52,095 nt of DNA from Acidimicrobiaceae bacterium (GTDB lineage: Bacteria; Actinomycetota; Acidimicrobiia; Acidimicrobiales; Bog-793), in assembly GCA_003139355.1 (NCBI GenBank), contig PLIM01000087.1:6573-58667 (forward strand), given 5' to 3'. The notes beneath the pieces are model-generated. The model was not told the origin of the DNA. It saw nothing but the letters and a program-made list of their open reading frames with translations, and ran no database searches. Each line of letters opens with the position of its first letter. Position 1 is the first letter of the stretch. Below, piece after piece: positions 20,157 through 30,740 of this stretch. The position numbers were made by a program, and so were the translations under genes.

Positions 20157-20595
20157 TGTGGGTGCCGAAAACCTCATCCAGGTCTTCAACCCGGACTTTC
20201 GGTGACGTGAGGTTCCTGGCGAAGATTGAGGTGCGGCACTCTCTTTCCTCTACGTGGCCTTCGTTCGTCTGCTCCAGCTGGTCCGGTTCACCTGGGGCGG
20301 CCAAGAGGAACTGGCCATCGAAGTCGCCATCGTCCGCCACGAGGTCTCCGTGTTGCGCCGCCAGGTCGCTCGTCCCGGCCTGCGGCCATCGGATCGAGCA
20401 GTCCTAGCGGGGTTGAGTCGGCTGTTCTCAACGGCTCGCCGGAGACGGTTATTCGTCCAGCCCGAGACTCTGCACCACTGGACCGAGATCTGGTGCGAAG
20501 GGATGGACGTACCCGGACCGACGGTCGGACGGCCGGCACCGCCGGTGGGCACTGTGCATCTCGTGAGCTGGGCGGATGGGTTTTCGGCACCGACA
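20157..20595 (+). mobile_element. 439-bp internally deleted IS (IS481/IS3-like integrase-core element)
   Basis: 17-bp terminal IRs TGTGGGTGCCGAAAACC / GGTTTTCGGCACCGACA (1 mismatch) enclose a frameshifted transposase N-terminus (IEVAIVRHEVSVLRRQVARP..VQPETL). Confidence 0.8.
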
Positions 20596-20636
20596 CGCCA
20601 TGAGTCGTCTCCTCGTCGTTGGATGTGACCTGCCAC
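20596..20636 (-). pseudogene. N-terminal stub of a tyrosine integrase, cut by the IS
   Basis: GGGAG RBS then GTG; reads MAGHIQRRGDDSWR up to the IS end; lies just downstream of a tRNA. Confidence 0.55.
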
Positions 20637-20747
20637 CGTGAACTCCCTTCCTCCCTCTGGGAAGGCCGGATTGCCACGACGGATTGCCAAGAAGAGCGAC
20701 AGCAAGAGTTCAGTCCGTCCGAAAGAACCGTTACCAGGAAGTATGTC

Positions 20748-20822
20748 TGGCGCCCTCGGCAGGATTCGAACCTGCGCACCCGGCTCCGGAGGCCGATGCT
20801 CTATCCCCTGAGCTACGAGGGC
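20748..20822 (-). tRNA. tRNA-Arg(CCG)
   Basis: 75-nt cloverleaf: acceptor GCCCTCG/CGAGGGC, anticodon loop CTCCGGA, GTTCGAATC T-loop, encoded CCA; divergent from argS. Confidence 0.97.
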
Positions 20823-20875
20823 TCGCTTGAGCGCAAGTTGCATGCTAGCGGGACTTCAGCCATTCTCGGACTCAA

Positions 20876-22486
20876 ATGACCACCGAACGACGCCTGGCCG
20901 ATGGGATCGTCGCGGCTCTTGCGGCCCTTCATATCCCAGTCGAGCCGCAGGAGGTCCAGCTCGTCCGCCCGGCGCGCCCGGAGCATGGTGACTGGTCGAC
21001 CAACGCTGCACTCGTCGTCGCGAAGTCCGTCGGTCGGGCGCCTCGCGACGTTGCCGCGGCTCTCGTGGCCGCGCTCCAGGACGCAGAGATCTACGAGGTA
21101 GTCGCGGTCGAGGCCGCGGGGCCCGGGTTTGTCAATTTCAAGCTTGCGACCTCGTGGTTGCACCACGCGCTCATGGACGTCGTCGCTGCAGGCGAAGAGA
21201 CCTACGCGACTCCGGAGCTCGGAGCCGGGGAGCGGGTCCAGATCGAGTTCGTATCCGCCAACCCGACTGGCCCGCTGCACGTCGGCAACGGCTGGCTCGG
21301 CTCGTACGGCGACGCTCTCGGGCGGGTGATGAGCCGGTGCGGCTGGGAAGTAGAGCGGGAGTTCTACGTGAACGATACTGGCGGCCAGATCCGCCTTCTC
21401 GGCGAGAGCCTTCTCGCCCGACGCCGCGGCGAGGTTGTGCCGGAGGAGGGCTACCAGGGCGAGTACGTCACGCAGTTGGCGCAGCAGTACGAGGGGCCCG
21501 AGGACATCGTCCAAGCCGGCCGGTTTGCCAGCGAGGCAATCCTCGAGAACATACGGGAGACCCTCGAGAGGCTCGACATTTGTTTCGACGAGTGGTACTC
21601 ACAAGCCTCGATCGAAGAGAGCGGCCAGGTTGGCGAGACGATCGAGTTGTTTCGCGAACGGGGGCTCGTGTACGAGGACGACGGGGCGATCTGGCTCCGG
21701 TCCACCGAGGTCGGCGACACCCGCGACCGTGTGCTGATCAGGTCTAACGGCGATGTCACCTACCTCGCAGGCGATCTCGCGTACCACCGCGACAAGTTCC
21801 TTGTCCGCAAGTTCGATCGGGTCATCGACGTCTTCGGCGCGGACCACCACGGCCAGGTCGCCAGCCTGAAGGCCGGCGTCACGGCGCTCGGCATCGACCG
21901 CGACAGGCTGGAGATCCGCCTCGGTCAGCTCGTCAACATCGTCGGCCGCCGGATGTCGAAGCGCTCCGGGAACTTCATCAAGCTCGACTCGGTCATCGAC
22001 GAGATCGGAGCCGACGCGACCCGGCTCCTGTCGCTCCTCAATTCGATCGACCAGGCCACGACGCTCGACCTCGAGCTCATGAAACGACGGTCGATGGAGA
22101 ATCCCGTGTTCTATGTGCAGTATGCACATGCTCGGATCGCCGCGATCGACCGCAAACGCGCCGAGCGCGGAATCGAGCGCGTGCCCATCTCGGAGGCCAA
22201 CCTGGCCCTGCTCATTCACGACCGAGAGCTCGAGTTGATGCGCTGCCTTGTCGACCTGCCCTATGTGGTCGGAGAAGCGGCCAAAGAGCGCGCACCACAC
22301 AAGGTGACCAACTGGGTTCGCCTGCTCGCCGGCGAGTTCCATGGCTTCTATCACGACTGCCGCGTTCTGTCCGACGAGGTCCCGTTCGAGCTCACTCAGG
22401 CTCGGTTGTGGCTGGTCGAAGGAGTCCGGATCGGTCTCGCGATCGCGCTCAGCCTCCTCGGGGTCCGGGCACCGGACGCGATGTGA
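20876..22486 (+). CDS. argS: arginine--tRNA ligase
   Basis: IEFVSANPTGPLHVGN, FGADHHG, RMSKRSG, NPVFYVQYAHARI. Confidence 0.96.
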   Translation: MTTERRLADGIVAALAALHIPVEPQEVQLVRPARPEHGDWSTNAALVVAKSVGRAPRDVAAALVAALQDAEIYEVVAVEAAGPGFVNFKLATSWLHHALMDVVAAGEETYATPELGAGERVQIEFVSANPTGPLHVGNGWLGSYGDALGRVMSRCGWEVEREFYVNDTGGQIRLLGESLLARRRGEVVPEEGYQGEYVTQLAQQYEGPEDIVQAGRFASEAILENIRETLERLDICFDEWYSQASIEESGQVGETIELFRERGLVYEDDGAIWLRSTEVGDTRDRVLIRSNGDVTYLAGDLAYHRDKFLVRKFDRVIDVFGADHHGQVASLKAGVTALGIDRDRLEIRLGQLVNIVGRRMSKRSGNFIKLDSVIDEIGADATRLLSLLNSIDQATTLDLELMKRRSMENPVFYVQYAHARIAAIDRKRAERGIERVPISEANLALLIHDRELELMRCLVDLPYVVGEAAKERAPHKVTNWVRLLAGEFHGFYHDCRVLSDEVPFELTQARLWLVEGVRIGLAIALSLLGVRAPDAM

Positions 22487-23847
22487 CCAGCCCCCAAGCT
22501 CCATCTGGGGCGCCTAGGCCCAAGTTGCCGCCGCCCGAGTCGTCGTCGCCGCCCGAGGGCCCGATCCATCGGGCCCTGCTTCCCGACACGTCGGCCATTA
22601 CTGCTGACGGTCACCTGAGCGTAGGCGGGGTCGACCTTCTACTGCTCGCGGAGGACGTAGGCACACCGGTGTTCGTCTACGACGAGGACCACATGCGCAA
22701 TCGGTGCCGCGAGGCTGCCCAGGGCTTCGAGGCCGGCGTTGCCTACGCGACGAAGGCTTTCTTGTGCAAAGCGATGGCGACGCTGGCCCTCGAGGAGAAG
22801 ATGGCGCTCGATGTCTCCACCGGTGGGGAACTGGCGGTCGCGCTCGCGGGAGGAGCGACGGGTGAGCGCCTCGTGTGCCACGGCAACAACAAGTCCTCCG
22901 AGGAGCTCGCGGCGGCGCTCAGCGTCGGCGTCGGCCGGATCGTCATCGACTCGTTCGATGAGATCGGCCGGCTGCGCGCTCTGAGCACCGCGGGCGTGGC
23001 ATCCGGCTCGGCGAGTCATCGGCCTCGCCTGTTGGTCCGCGTGACGCCCGGTATTGAGGCGCACACCCACGAGTACGTGAAGACTGGGCAGGAAGACACG
23101 AAATTCGGTTTCTCACTGGCTTCGGGAGCGGCGGCCGAAGCGGTCGACGCGCTCAGGCATCTGGCGGACTTCGAGCTTGTCGGGGTTCACGCGCACATCG
23201 GCAGCCAGATCTTCGAGGTCTCCGCTTTCGCCGAGGAGATCGCCGCTCTCGCCCCGTTCGTGGTCGAGAACCGGTTTACGGAATGCTGCATCGGCGGCGG
23301 CCTCGGCGTTGCATACGTCGAAGGGGAGGTGGCACCTTCCATCACCGAGTGGGCGCGGGCCGTGCACTCGGCAGCGAGGACAGTGGGCCTCCCCTTGACG
23401 GTGCGCGTCACCGCCGAGCCGGGTCGCGCCGTGGTTGCGAGCGCGGCTGTGACGCTGTACCGGGTCGGCACCATCAAGCGGCTCCCAGGCTTGCGCACTT
23501 ACATCGCGGTCGACGGCGGCATGTCCGACAATCCGCGGCCGGTGCTCTACGGCAGTGGTTACGAGGCCTTCCTGCCCCGCGCACCGCTGGCACCTCGGCC
23601 ACTTGCCGCTCGGCTGGTGGGCAAGCATTGCGAGTCCGGTGACGTCATAGTCGATGACGCACGGCTTCCTTGCGACCTCGCTGTCGGTGATGTGCTGGCC
23701 ACCCCGGTCACCGGCGCGTACGGATTCGCCATGTCTTCGAACTACAACCGGGTGCTGCGTCCCCCCGTCGTGTTCGTCTCAGGGGGCCGATCGCGGGTCG
23801 TCGTCCGGCGCGAGACCGTAGCCGACCTGCTCGCCCGCGAAACCTGA
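22483..23847 (+). CDS. lysA: diaminopimelate decarboxylase
   Basis: YATKAF, HGNNKS, HIGSQIF, EPGR, GKHCESGD, TGAYG; GTGA overlap with argS. Confidence 0.95.
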   Translation: MTSPQAPSGAPRPKLPPPESSSPPEGPIHRALLPDTSAITADGHLSVGGVDLLLLAEDVGTPVFVYDEDHMRNRCREAAQGFEAGVAYATKAFLCKAMATLALEEKMALDVSTGGELAVALAGGATGERLVCHGNNKSSEELAAALSVGVGRIVIDSFDEIGRLRALSTAGVASGSASHRPRLLVRVTPGIEAHTHEYVKTGQEDTKFGFSLASGAAAEAVDALRHLADFELVGVHAHIGSQIFEVSAFAEEIAALAPFVVENRFTECCIGGGLGVAYVEGEVAPSITEWARAVHSAARTVGLPLTVRVTAEPGRAVVASAAVTLYRVGTIKRLPGLRTYIAVDGGMSDNPRPVLYGSGYEAFLPRAPLAPRPLAARLVGKHCESGDVIVDDARLPCDLAVGDVLATPVTGAYGFAMSSNYNRVLRPPVVFVSGGRSRVVVRRETVADLLARET

Positions 23848-23873
23848 CTCCGCTCGTCTTGTAACTTGTGCCG

Positions 23874-25211
23874 GTGGGCGAGCCTCGATCGAGCGAAACA
23901 CCCGGCACCGATGTGGTGCGCGTCGGCCTTCTTGGCTACGGCAACGTCGGCGTTGCCTTCACCCGGCTCATCGACTCGCAAACTGAGGCGATCGCGCTCC
24001 GTACCGGCCTCGAGCTGCGAGTCACGCGCATTGCTGTCAGGGACACCGCGAAACAAAGGCCCGGTTCTGCACTTTCCGACGCCGGCGAGCGACTCTCCAG
24101 CGACGCCGCCTCGCTTGTGAACGACCCGTCGATCGACGTCGTCGTCGAGCTCGTCGGCGGAATCGAGCCGGCGCGCACCTTGGTGCTCACGGCTCTCGCG
24201 GCAGGCAAGCCTGTCGTCACGGCCAACAAGGAGCTCCTCGCGTCCTTTGGGGCCGAGCTTCTTCAAGCAGCCGAGAACGGGGGAGTCGACCTGTTCTACG
24301 AGGCCTCCGTAGCGGGCGCGATCCCGCTCGTCCGGCTCCTCAACGACTCGCTCGCGGGAGAGCGGATCGTCCGCGTGATGGGAATCGTGAACGGCACGAC
24401 GAACTACGTGCTCACCTCCATGAGCGAGGAGGGCTGCGATTACGGCCGGGCACTCGCGGAGGCGCAGGCTCTCGGTTACGCGGAGGCCGACCCTACCGCG
24501 GACGTCGAAGGCTTCGACGCCCGAGCCAAGGCTGCCATCCTCGCCGGCATCGCGTTCGACGCGGACGTTGTCGCGAGCGACGTCTACACCGAGGGGATCA
24601 CGGCCATCGGCGCTTCCGACATAGCTTTTGCCCACAAGCTCGGCTACGAGGTCAAGCTGCTGGCCGTCGCTGAGCGCGTGAGCGACGGTCCCACGCCCGC
24701 CGTCGCTGTACGCGTCCATCCTGCCATGGTCCCCCGGGAGCACCCTCTTGCGAGCGTTCGCGGAGCGTTCAACGCGGTTTTCGTCGAAGGCGATACCGCC
24801 GGCGAGCTCATGGTCTACGGCCGCGGTGCCGGCGGGATGGCGACGGCGAGTGCCGTGCTCGGTGATGTGGTGGAGGCAGCGCACCATCGCCGCGAGGAGA
24901 TGAGGGGCCGGGCCGTCCGCCGCGAGCAAATCGAGATCCGGCCGATCTCCGCGCTTCGAACCCAGTACTACCTCACTATGGATGTGAAGGATCAGCCCGG
25001 CGTGCTGGCGTCGGTGGCCCACGTGTTCGGTGAGCACCATGTCTCGATCCGCTCCATGGAACAGATCGACATCGGTGACGGGGCTCGCCTGGTGTTCATC
25101 ACGCACACCGCCCGTGAAGCCGACGTTCAGGCGACCCTCGCCTCGCTCGCGGAGTTGGATGTCGTCGCTCGCATCGGCGTGGTGCTGAGGGTCATCGGGC
25201 CGGAACGTTGA
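23874..25211 (+). CDS. hom: homoserine dehydrogenase with ACT domain
   Basis: [44 protein letters not shown]-terminal ACT; GTG 6 nt after TAACTT (alternative start 23868). Confidence 0.95.
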   Translation: MGEPRSSETPGTDVVRVGLLGYGNVGVAFTRLIDSQTEAIALRTGLELRVTRIAVRDTAKQRPGSALSDAGERLSSDAASLVNDPSIDVVVELVGGIEPARTLVLTALAAGKPVVTANKELLASFGAELLQAAENGGVDLFYEASVAGAIPLVRLLNDSLAGERIVRVMGIVNGTTNYVLTSMSEEGCDYGRALAEAQALGYAEADPTADVEGFDARAKAAILAGIAFDADVVASDVYTEGITAIGASDIAFAHKLGYEVKLLAVAERVSDGPTPAVAVRVHPAMVPREHPLASVRGAFNAVFVEGDTAGELMVYGRGAGGMATASAVLGDVVEAAHHRREEMRGRAVRREQIEIRPISALRTQYYLTMDVKDQPGVLASVAHVFGEHHVSIRSMEQIDIGDGARLVFITHTAREADVQATLASLAELDVVARIGVVLRVIGPER

Positions 25212-25221
25212 TCGGGACCCA

Positions 25222-26262
25222 GTGAGCTCCTGGCGCGGTGTGATCGAGGAGTATCGAGACTTCCTCCCTGTCTCCGAGGCGACACCGGTGGTGACGCTGT
25301 TGGAGGGCGCGACGCCCTTGCTTGCGGCCCCGCGGCTGTCAGAGCGGGTCGGTGCCGATGTTCTCCTCAAGCTCGAGGGAGCCAACCCGACCGGTTCGTT
25401 CAAGGACCGGGGCATGACGGTGGCGATCTCCAAGGCTGCCGAGGAGGGCGTCAAGGCGGTCGTTTGCGCCTCGACCGGCAACACCTCCGCCTCCGCGGCG
25501 GCCTACGCGGCCCGAGCGGGGATGAGTTGCGCGGTGCTCATACCGGAGGGTCATATCGCCCTAGGCAAGCTCGCGCAGGCCCTTGTGCACGGGGCGCGCG
25601 TCCTGCAGGTACGGGGCAACTTCGACGTTGCCCTCGAGATCGTGCGAGAGCTGCCGCGCCGTGCACCGGTAGTGGTCGTGAATTCGGTGAACCCGTTTCG
25701 CATCGAGGGGCAGAAGACCGGCGCCTTTGAGATCGTGGACCGCCTCGGGGATGCTCCCGAGGTCCACTGCATCCCGGTGGGCAACGCCGGGAACATCACG
25801 GCCTATTGGCGTGGATATTGCGAGTACCGCAACGCCGGGCGCTCCACACGGCTGCCGAGAATGTTCGGGTTCCAGGCCGCCGGCGCGGCGCCGATCGTCG
25901 TCGGTCATCCGATTGCCGAGCCCGAGACCGTCGCCACGGCCATCCGGATCGGCAACCCGGCTTCGTGGTACGGAGCGACAGCGGCAGCGTCGGAGTCCGG
26001 CGGAGGGATCTACGCGGTGACCGACGAGGAGATCCTGGAGGCCTACCGGTTCCTCGCCACCGAGGAGTCGGTCTTCTGCGAGGCAGCCTCGGCGGCGTCT
26101 GTCGCGGGCCTGCTGAGAACTCCTGTGCCGAAAGGCACGACCGTCGTGTGCGTGCTGACCGGCCACGGGCTGAAGGACCCGGATCTGGCGATCAGCCAAG
26201 TGTCGGTGCCTCCGGTGGTCGACGCCGACCTCTCCTCGGTGCTCGGCGCACTCGGGCTCTGA
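25222..26262 (+). CDS. thrC: threonine synthase
   Basis: [47 protein letters not shown]; canonical position after hom. Confidence 0.96.
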   Translation: MSSWRGVIEEYRDFLPVSEATPVVTLLEGATPLLAAPRLSERVGADVLLKLEGANPTGSFKDRGMTVAISKAAEEGVKAVVCASTGNTSASAAAYAARAGMSCAVLIPEGHIALGKLAQALVHGARVLQVRGNFDVALEIVRELPRRAPVVVVNSVNPFRIEGQKTGAFEIVDRLGDAPEVHCIPVGNAGNITAYWRGYCEYRNAGRSTRLPRMFGFQAAGAAPIVVGHPIAEPETVATAIRIGNPASWYGATAAASESGGGIYAVTDEEILEAYRFLATEESVFCEAASAASVAGLLRTPVPKGTTVVCVLTGHGLKDPDLAISQVSVPPVVDADLSSVLGALGL

Positions 26263-26712
26263 CTGCGCCACGCGGTCGGTTCCACGGGAACGGTGCTTGC
26301 TGGGAGCTCAATACTCCGCTAGCATGCAGTTGCCCTCGTTCGTCATTGCGGATGCCAGCTCGCCCCTTGGGCGGGCGACCCGAATGGGGCGGCGGGAATC
26401 GCAGAGGTCCTTTCCCGGTTGTTGCTTACACCGGCGCTTCCCCCGTGCAGACGCCTTAGCCGCCGTGGGCACCCACTGATTGGGCTGTGCGATCCGGCGA
26501 AGTCGACGACTCGTTCTGCTCGGAAACTCCCAGCATCGGATCGCAGGCTCGGGTCGATTGCGTGACCCGACTTGGTCTTGGTTCGGGTGACCGCCCGGGA
26601 GGGTAGGTCGTGGGGGCATCGGGGGACCAACGACATCGCGGAATTCCGGAAGGTCCGGGAACAACCTCCAAAGAACCACCTTGAGTAACAGGATTATCCA
26701 GAGAGGAAGTTG

Positions 26713-28707
26713 ATGAGCGAAGAACAGCTCGAGCGTTCGATCCTTGAGCGCAAAGCGAGCGACGAGCTTCGGGCAATCGCGACCGCCATGTCCCTCGAGC
26801 CCGTGGCTCGTACGCGCAAGGCGGATCTCGTGAACCAGATCCTGCGGGCCGCCGGCGTCGAGGTCGAGGGCACCGCACCGTCGCACGCGAGTAGCACGGC
26901 ATCGCCGCAATCACCGCCTTCCAACGGTGGCGCCGCCGACTCGCGCCAGGCAGCCGCGGCAGACGGCGCATCCGCGTCGAAGTCGGCGCGAGGTCGCACC
27001 TCCAGAGCCCGGTCCACAGTCAAGGCGGGTTCGGCGGACTCGCTGCCGGCCCACGCCGAAGTGAACGCCAACGGCGGCGGGCCAGCTCAAGAACTGGGCG
27101 AGGGCCGTGACGGCTCGTTGGCGGCGGGCTCGGCGCTCGGCAACGGGAAGGACTCCGCAGCCTCGACGGACTCCGCGGACGCGGTCGCAGAAGGCGCAGC
27201 CGCCATCCTGGCGGGCTCCCACTTCGACCGAGGCAGTCGGGAGCCAGCCCCGGCGACCGGTGCAAGCTCTGCTTACAGCGAGCTGCGGTCCGGTGAGCTC
27301 GCGTCGAATGTGGCCGGCGGTGCCGCTGGCGGTGCTGAGACGCTTGATCGGATGGCCGGGGATGTGCCGACCACGCTTCGCCCTCAGCGTCAGCCCCAGC
27401 AGCACTCGCAGCCAGGTCGAGGCAATCAGGGTGGCCAGAATGGCCAGGGCAGCCAGGTCGAGGCAGGCAACCGCCGCGGGCGCCGTCGTCGCGGACGTGA
27501 CCGCGAGCGCGGCGGTCAGGAGCCGCAGGGTGGCGGCCAGGAAGTGGCATGGCAGGGCGAGCTCGTGCCGGTCCGTGGCCTGCTCGATCTAAGGGACGAG
27601 GGCTACGGTTTCCTTCGTACGAGCGGCTACCTGCCGAGTGTCAAGGACGTGTACATCTCGGTCTCGCAGGCCAGGCGGTTCGCGCTGCGCCGTGGCGACG
27701 CCATCGAGGGTGCATGCCGTCCGGCGGGACCGAGCGAGAAATACCCGGCCTTGTTGCGTATCGACACGGTTTGCGGGATGAAGCCGGAGGACGCCCGTGA
27801 GAGGCCGCGCTTCGAGGACCTGACTCCGCTGTTTCCCGACCAGCGGATGCGGCTCGAGCTGAAGGACGATCCGCTCAACACGACCGCACGGATAGTCGAC
27901 CTGATCTCGCCCATCGGCAAGGGACAGAGAAGCATGATCGTTTCGCCACCGAAGGCGGGCAAGACGACGATCCTCAAGCAGATAGCCCATTCGATAGAGC
28001 AGAACGATCCGAGCGTCCATCTCATGGTCCTGCTCGTGGACGAGCGTCCCGAGGAGGCCACGGACTGGCGCCGCTCAGTGAAAGGCGAGGTGATCGCCTC
28101 GACCTTCGACCGTCCCGCCGACGAGCACACGACCGTTGCGGAGCTCGCGATCGAGCGGGCCAAGCGGCTTGTCGAGCTCGGCAGGGACGTCGTGATCATC
28201 CTGGACGGGATCACCCGACTCGCCCGGGCCTACAACCTGGCCCAGCCGGCAACCGGTCGCATCATGTCCGGTGGCGTGGACTCCGGCGCTTTGTACCCAC
28301 CCAAGAAGTTCTTCGGAGCCGCTCGGAACATCGAGGAGGGGGGCTCGCTCACGATCCTCGCGACCGCCCTCGTGGAAACGGGCTCGAAGATGGATGAAGT
28401 GATCTTCGAGGAGTTCAAGGGCACCGGCAACATGGAGCTGCGCCTCGACCGCAAGCTGGCCGAGCGGCGGATCTACCCGGCGATCGACGTCAACGCCAGC
28501 TCGACACGCCACGAGGAGCTGCTCTTCGATCGCTCCCAGCTCCAGCAGGTCTGGAAGCTCCGCCGGGTGCTCAACGGCCTTGGCAGCGATGGAGGCGGCG
28601 GTGCTGCCGGGGCCGGTCTCGAGCTCCTCATGGACAAGATCCGCACCACACGTTCCAACGACGAGTTCCTCGCCGAGATCGCCAAGGCGGCGATCCCGGG
28701 CGGCTGA
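26713..28707 (+). CDS. rho: transcription termination factor Rho with N-terminal insertion
   Basis: [42 protein letters not shown]. Confidence 0.97.
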   Translation: MSEEQLERSILERKASDELRAIATAMSLEPVARTRKADLVNQILRAAGVEVEGTAPSHASSTASPQSPPSNGGAADSRQAAAADGASASKSARGRTSRARSTVKAGSADSLPAHAEVNANGGGPAQELGEGRDGSLAAGSALGNGKDSAASTDSADAVAEGAAAILAGSHFDRGSREPAPATGASSAYSELRSGELASNVAGGAAGGAETLDRMAGDVPTTLRPQRQPQQHSQPGRGNQGGQNGQGSQVEAGNRRGRRRRGRDRERGGQEPQGGGQEVAWQGELVPVRGLLDLRDEGYGFLRTSGYLPSVKDVYISVSQARRFALRRGDAIEGACRPAGPSEKYPALLRIDTVCGMKPEDARERPRFEDLTPLFPDQRMRLELKDDPLNTTARIVDLISPIGKGQRSMIVSPPKAGKTTILKQIAHSIEQNDPSVHLMVLLVDERPEEATDWRRSVKGEVIASTFDRPADEHTTVAELAIERAKRLVELGRDVVIILDGITRLARAYNLAQPATGRIMSGGVDSGALYPPKKFFGAARNIEEGGSLTILATALVETGSKMDEVIFEEFKGTGNMELRLDRKLAERRIYPAIDVNASSTRHEELLFDRSQLQQVWKLRRVLNGLGSDGGGGAAGAGLELLMDKIRTTRSNDEFLAEIAKAAIPGG

Positions 28708-28765
28708 TTCACCCCGGAGCGGCCCTGGCTCGGGTCGGCCCGGCACGGCTTACAATGGAGAGATC

Positions 28766-28978
28766 ATGAAGACAGACATTCACCCCGCCTACGTGACCGC
28801 GTCAGTGCGCTGCTCGTGCGGGAATAGCTTCATCACGCGATCGACCAAGTCCGACCTGCACGTCGAGCTGTGCAACGAATGCCATCCCTTCTACACCGGC
28901 AAACAGAAGCTGGTGGACACCGGTGGGCGCGTGGAGCGCTTCGAGCGCCGCTACGGCCAGCGCAAGACCAAGCGCTGA
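28766..28978 (+). CDS. rpmE: 50S ribosomal protein L31 (Zn-binding type)
   Basis: [26 protein letters not shown]; TACAAT box at 28751-28756. Confidence 0.96.
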   Translation: MKTDIHPAYVTASVRCSCGNSFITRSTKSDLHVELCNECHPFYTGKQKLVDTGGRVERFERRYGQRKTKR

Positions 28979-29027
28979 CCCCGCCGGCCTGGCGGAGCGA
29001 CCTGCCCGCAAGGCCGCAGACCTGTCG

Positions 29028-29609
29028 TCAGATGGCTGCCGGCTTACCGAGCCCTGCTTCGACGCGCCGGCGGTACATGACGCCTGTGACGAGGAAGAAG
29101 GCCGCCAAGGCGATCCCTACGCCGATCTCGGCGGGCCAGACGACCAGGTACCCCGGGTAGCTCCTGCCTGTGACGCTCAGCGCCAAAGGCTCGAGACACA
29201 GCGCTCCGGCAACGAGGACTGCGCTCGTCCAGGCCCGCCGAGTGCGCCAACGCTGTCCGAGCAGACCGTAGAGGGGCGCGGTCACAAATCCTCCGAGGAT
29301 GTTCTCCTCATTGGAGAAGAGCAGGCCGTGGACCTCGCGGAGGCTCGTGATGGTCCACTGGCCGCCCTCCAAGGGCCCCATGATCATGAGGAAGTAGCCC
29401 GAGAGCGCCGACAAGGTGGCAACGAGGCCGACCGCCGCAGCGCGGCTCGAGCGCAACTGGCTGCAGCCGAACAGAAATGGCAGCACGAGCCACGGTGCGG
29501 ACAGAAGGCTCAGCGACTCGGTCCAGAGCCCTGTCGCGTTGATGCTGCCCAGGTACTGGTCGCCTCCTCCGAAGATGAGACCGACCACGACGGCGACCAG
29601 GAATACCAC
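29028..29609 (-). CDS. membrane protein (DUF6518-like)
   Basis: About 6 TM segments, FGGGDQYLGS..SAPWLVLPF; probable GTG start at 29609 (computed ORF extends to 29666). Confidence 0.65.
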   Translation of the reverse strand: MVFLVAVVVGLIFGGGDQYLGSINATGLWTESLSLLSAPWLVLPFLFGCSQLRSSRAAAVGLVATLSALSGYFLMIMGPLEGGQWTITSLREVHGLLFSNEENILGGFVTAPLYGLLGQRWRTRRAWTSAVLVAGALCLEPLALSVTGRSYPGYLVVWPAEIGVGIALAAFFLVTGVMYRRRVEAGLGKPAAI

Positions 29610-29678
29610 CCACGCGGTATAGCACAAACAGGCTCGGGCTGGGTATAGGGATGGCTGGTGTGGCACTAGCCTGAGTTC

Positions 29679-30740
29679 GTGCTCGATCGCCTTGAGGCGC
29701 TTGAAGCCGAGTACTCACAGGTCCTCACCCGCCTCTCTGACCCAACGCTCTCGCAGGACCGCAATGAGCTACGCGCGCTGTCGCGCCGCCACAAGGAGCT
29801 CGAAACCGTTGTGCGAAAGATGCACGAGCTCAAGTCCGCGCAGGAGGACGTCAGCATCGCTCGCGAGCTGGCGGCCGATGCCGTCGGCGCCGAGCGCGAG
29901 CTCGGCCGTGACGAGCAGAGTGCCGCGGAGGCAAGGGTCGTGGCACTCGAGACGGGGCTGCGCGACCTGCTGATGCCACGCGACCCGCACGACGGACGAA
30001 ACGTGATCGTCGAGATCCGGGGCGCCGAGGGAGGAGAGGAGGCGAACCTCTTCGCCAAGGACCTGTTCGACATGTACCAGCGTTATGTCGACCACCGGGG
30101 TTGGCGCGTCGAGGTGCTGGACCTTCGCGAGTCGGAGCTCGGTGGTGTCGACGGGGTCACCTTTCTCGTCAAGGGCGAGGACGCCTGGCAGCGCCTGCAC
30201 CAGGAGGCCGGCACTCACCGGGTGCAGCGGATCCCGGTCACCGAGTCCCAGGGACGCGTCCACACCTCCTCTGCGACGGTGAACGTGCTGCCCGAGGCCG
30301 ACGAGATCGAGGTCGAGATCGGCAAGGACGATCTCAAGATCGACGTCTACCGCTCGACCGGGCCGGGGGGACAGTCCGTCAACACGACGGATTCGGCCGT
30401 GCGGATCACCCATCTGCCGACCGGGCTCGTGGTGGCGATGCAGGACGAGAAGAGCCAGATCCAGAACCGGGCGGCTGCGCTCAAAGTGTTACGGGCGCGC
30501 CTTTACGACCTCGAGCAGAAGAAGAACGCAGCCGCTCTTGCCAAAGAGCGCCGCGCCCAGGTCGGTGGTGGTGGCCGCTCGGAAAAGGTCCGCACGTACA
30601 ACTTCAAGGACAACCGGGTCACCGATCACAGGATCGGGCTCACCTTGAAAAAGCTCGACCGCATCTTGACGGGTGACCTCGAAGAGCTCGTCGAAGCATT
30701 GCTGGCAGACGAGCGGAGCCGCCAGCTCGTCGAGGGATGA
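29679..30740 (+). CDS. prfA: peptide chain release factor 1
   Basis: PVT recognition motif ([15 protein letters not shown]), GGQ. Confidence 0.97.
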   Translation: MLDRLEALEAEYSQVLTRLSDPTLSQDRNELRALSRRHKELETVVRKMHELKSAQEDVSIARELAADAVGAERELGRDEQSAAEARVVALETGLRDLLMPRDPHDGRNVIVEIRGAEGGEEANLFAKDLFDMYQRYVDHRGWRVEVLDLRESELGGVDGVTFLVKGEDAWQRLHQEAGTHRVQRIPVTESQGRVHTSSATVNVLPEADEIEVEIGKDDLKIDVYRSTGPGGQSVNTTDSAVRITHLPTGLVVAMQDEKSQIQNRAAALKVLRARLYDLEQKKNAAALAKERRAQVGGGGRSEKVRTYNFKDNRVTDHRIGLTLKKLDRILTGDLEELVEALLADERSRQLVEG

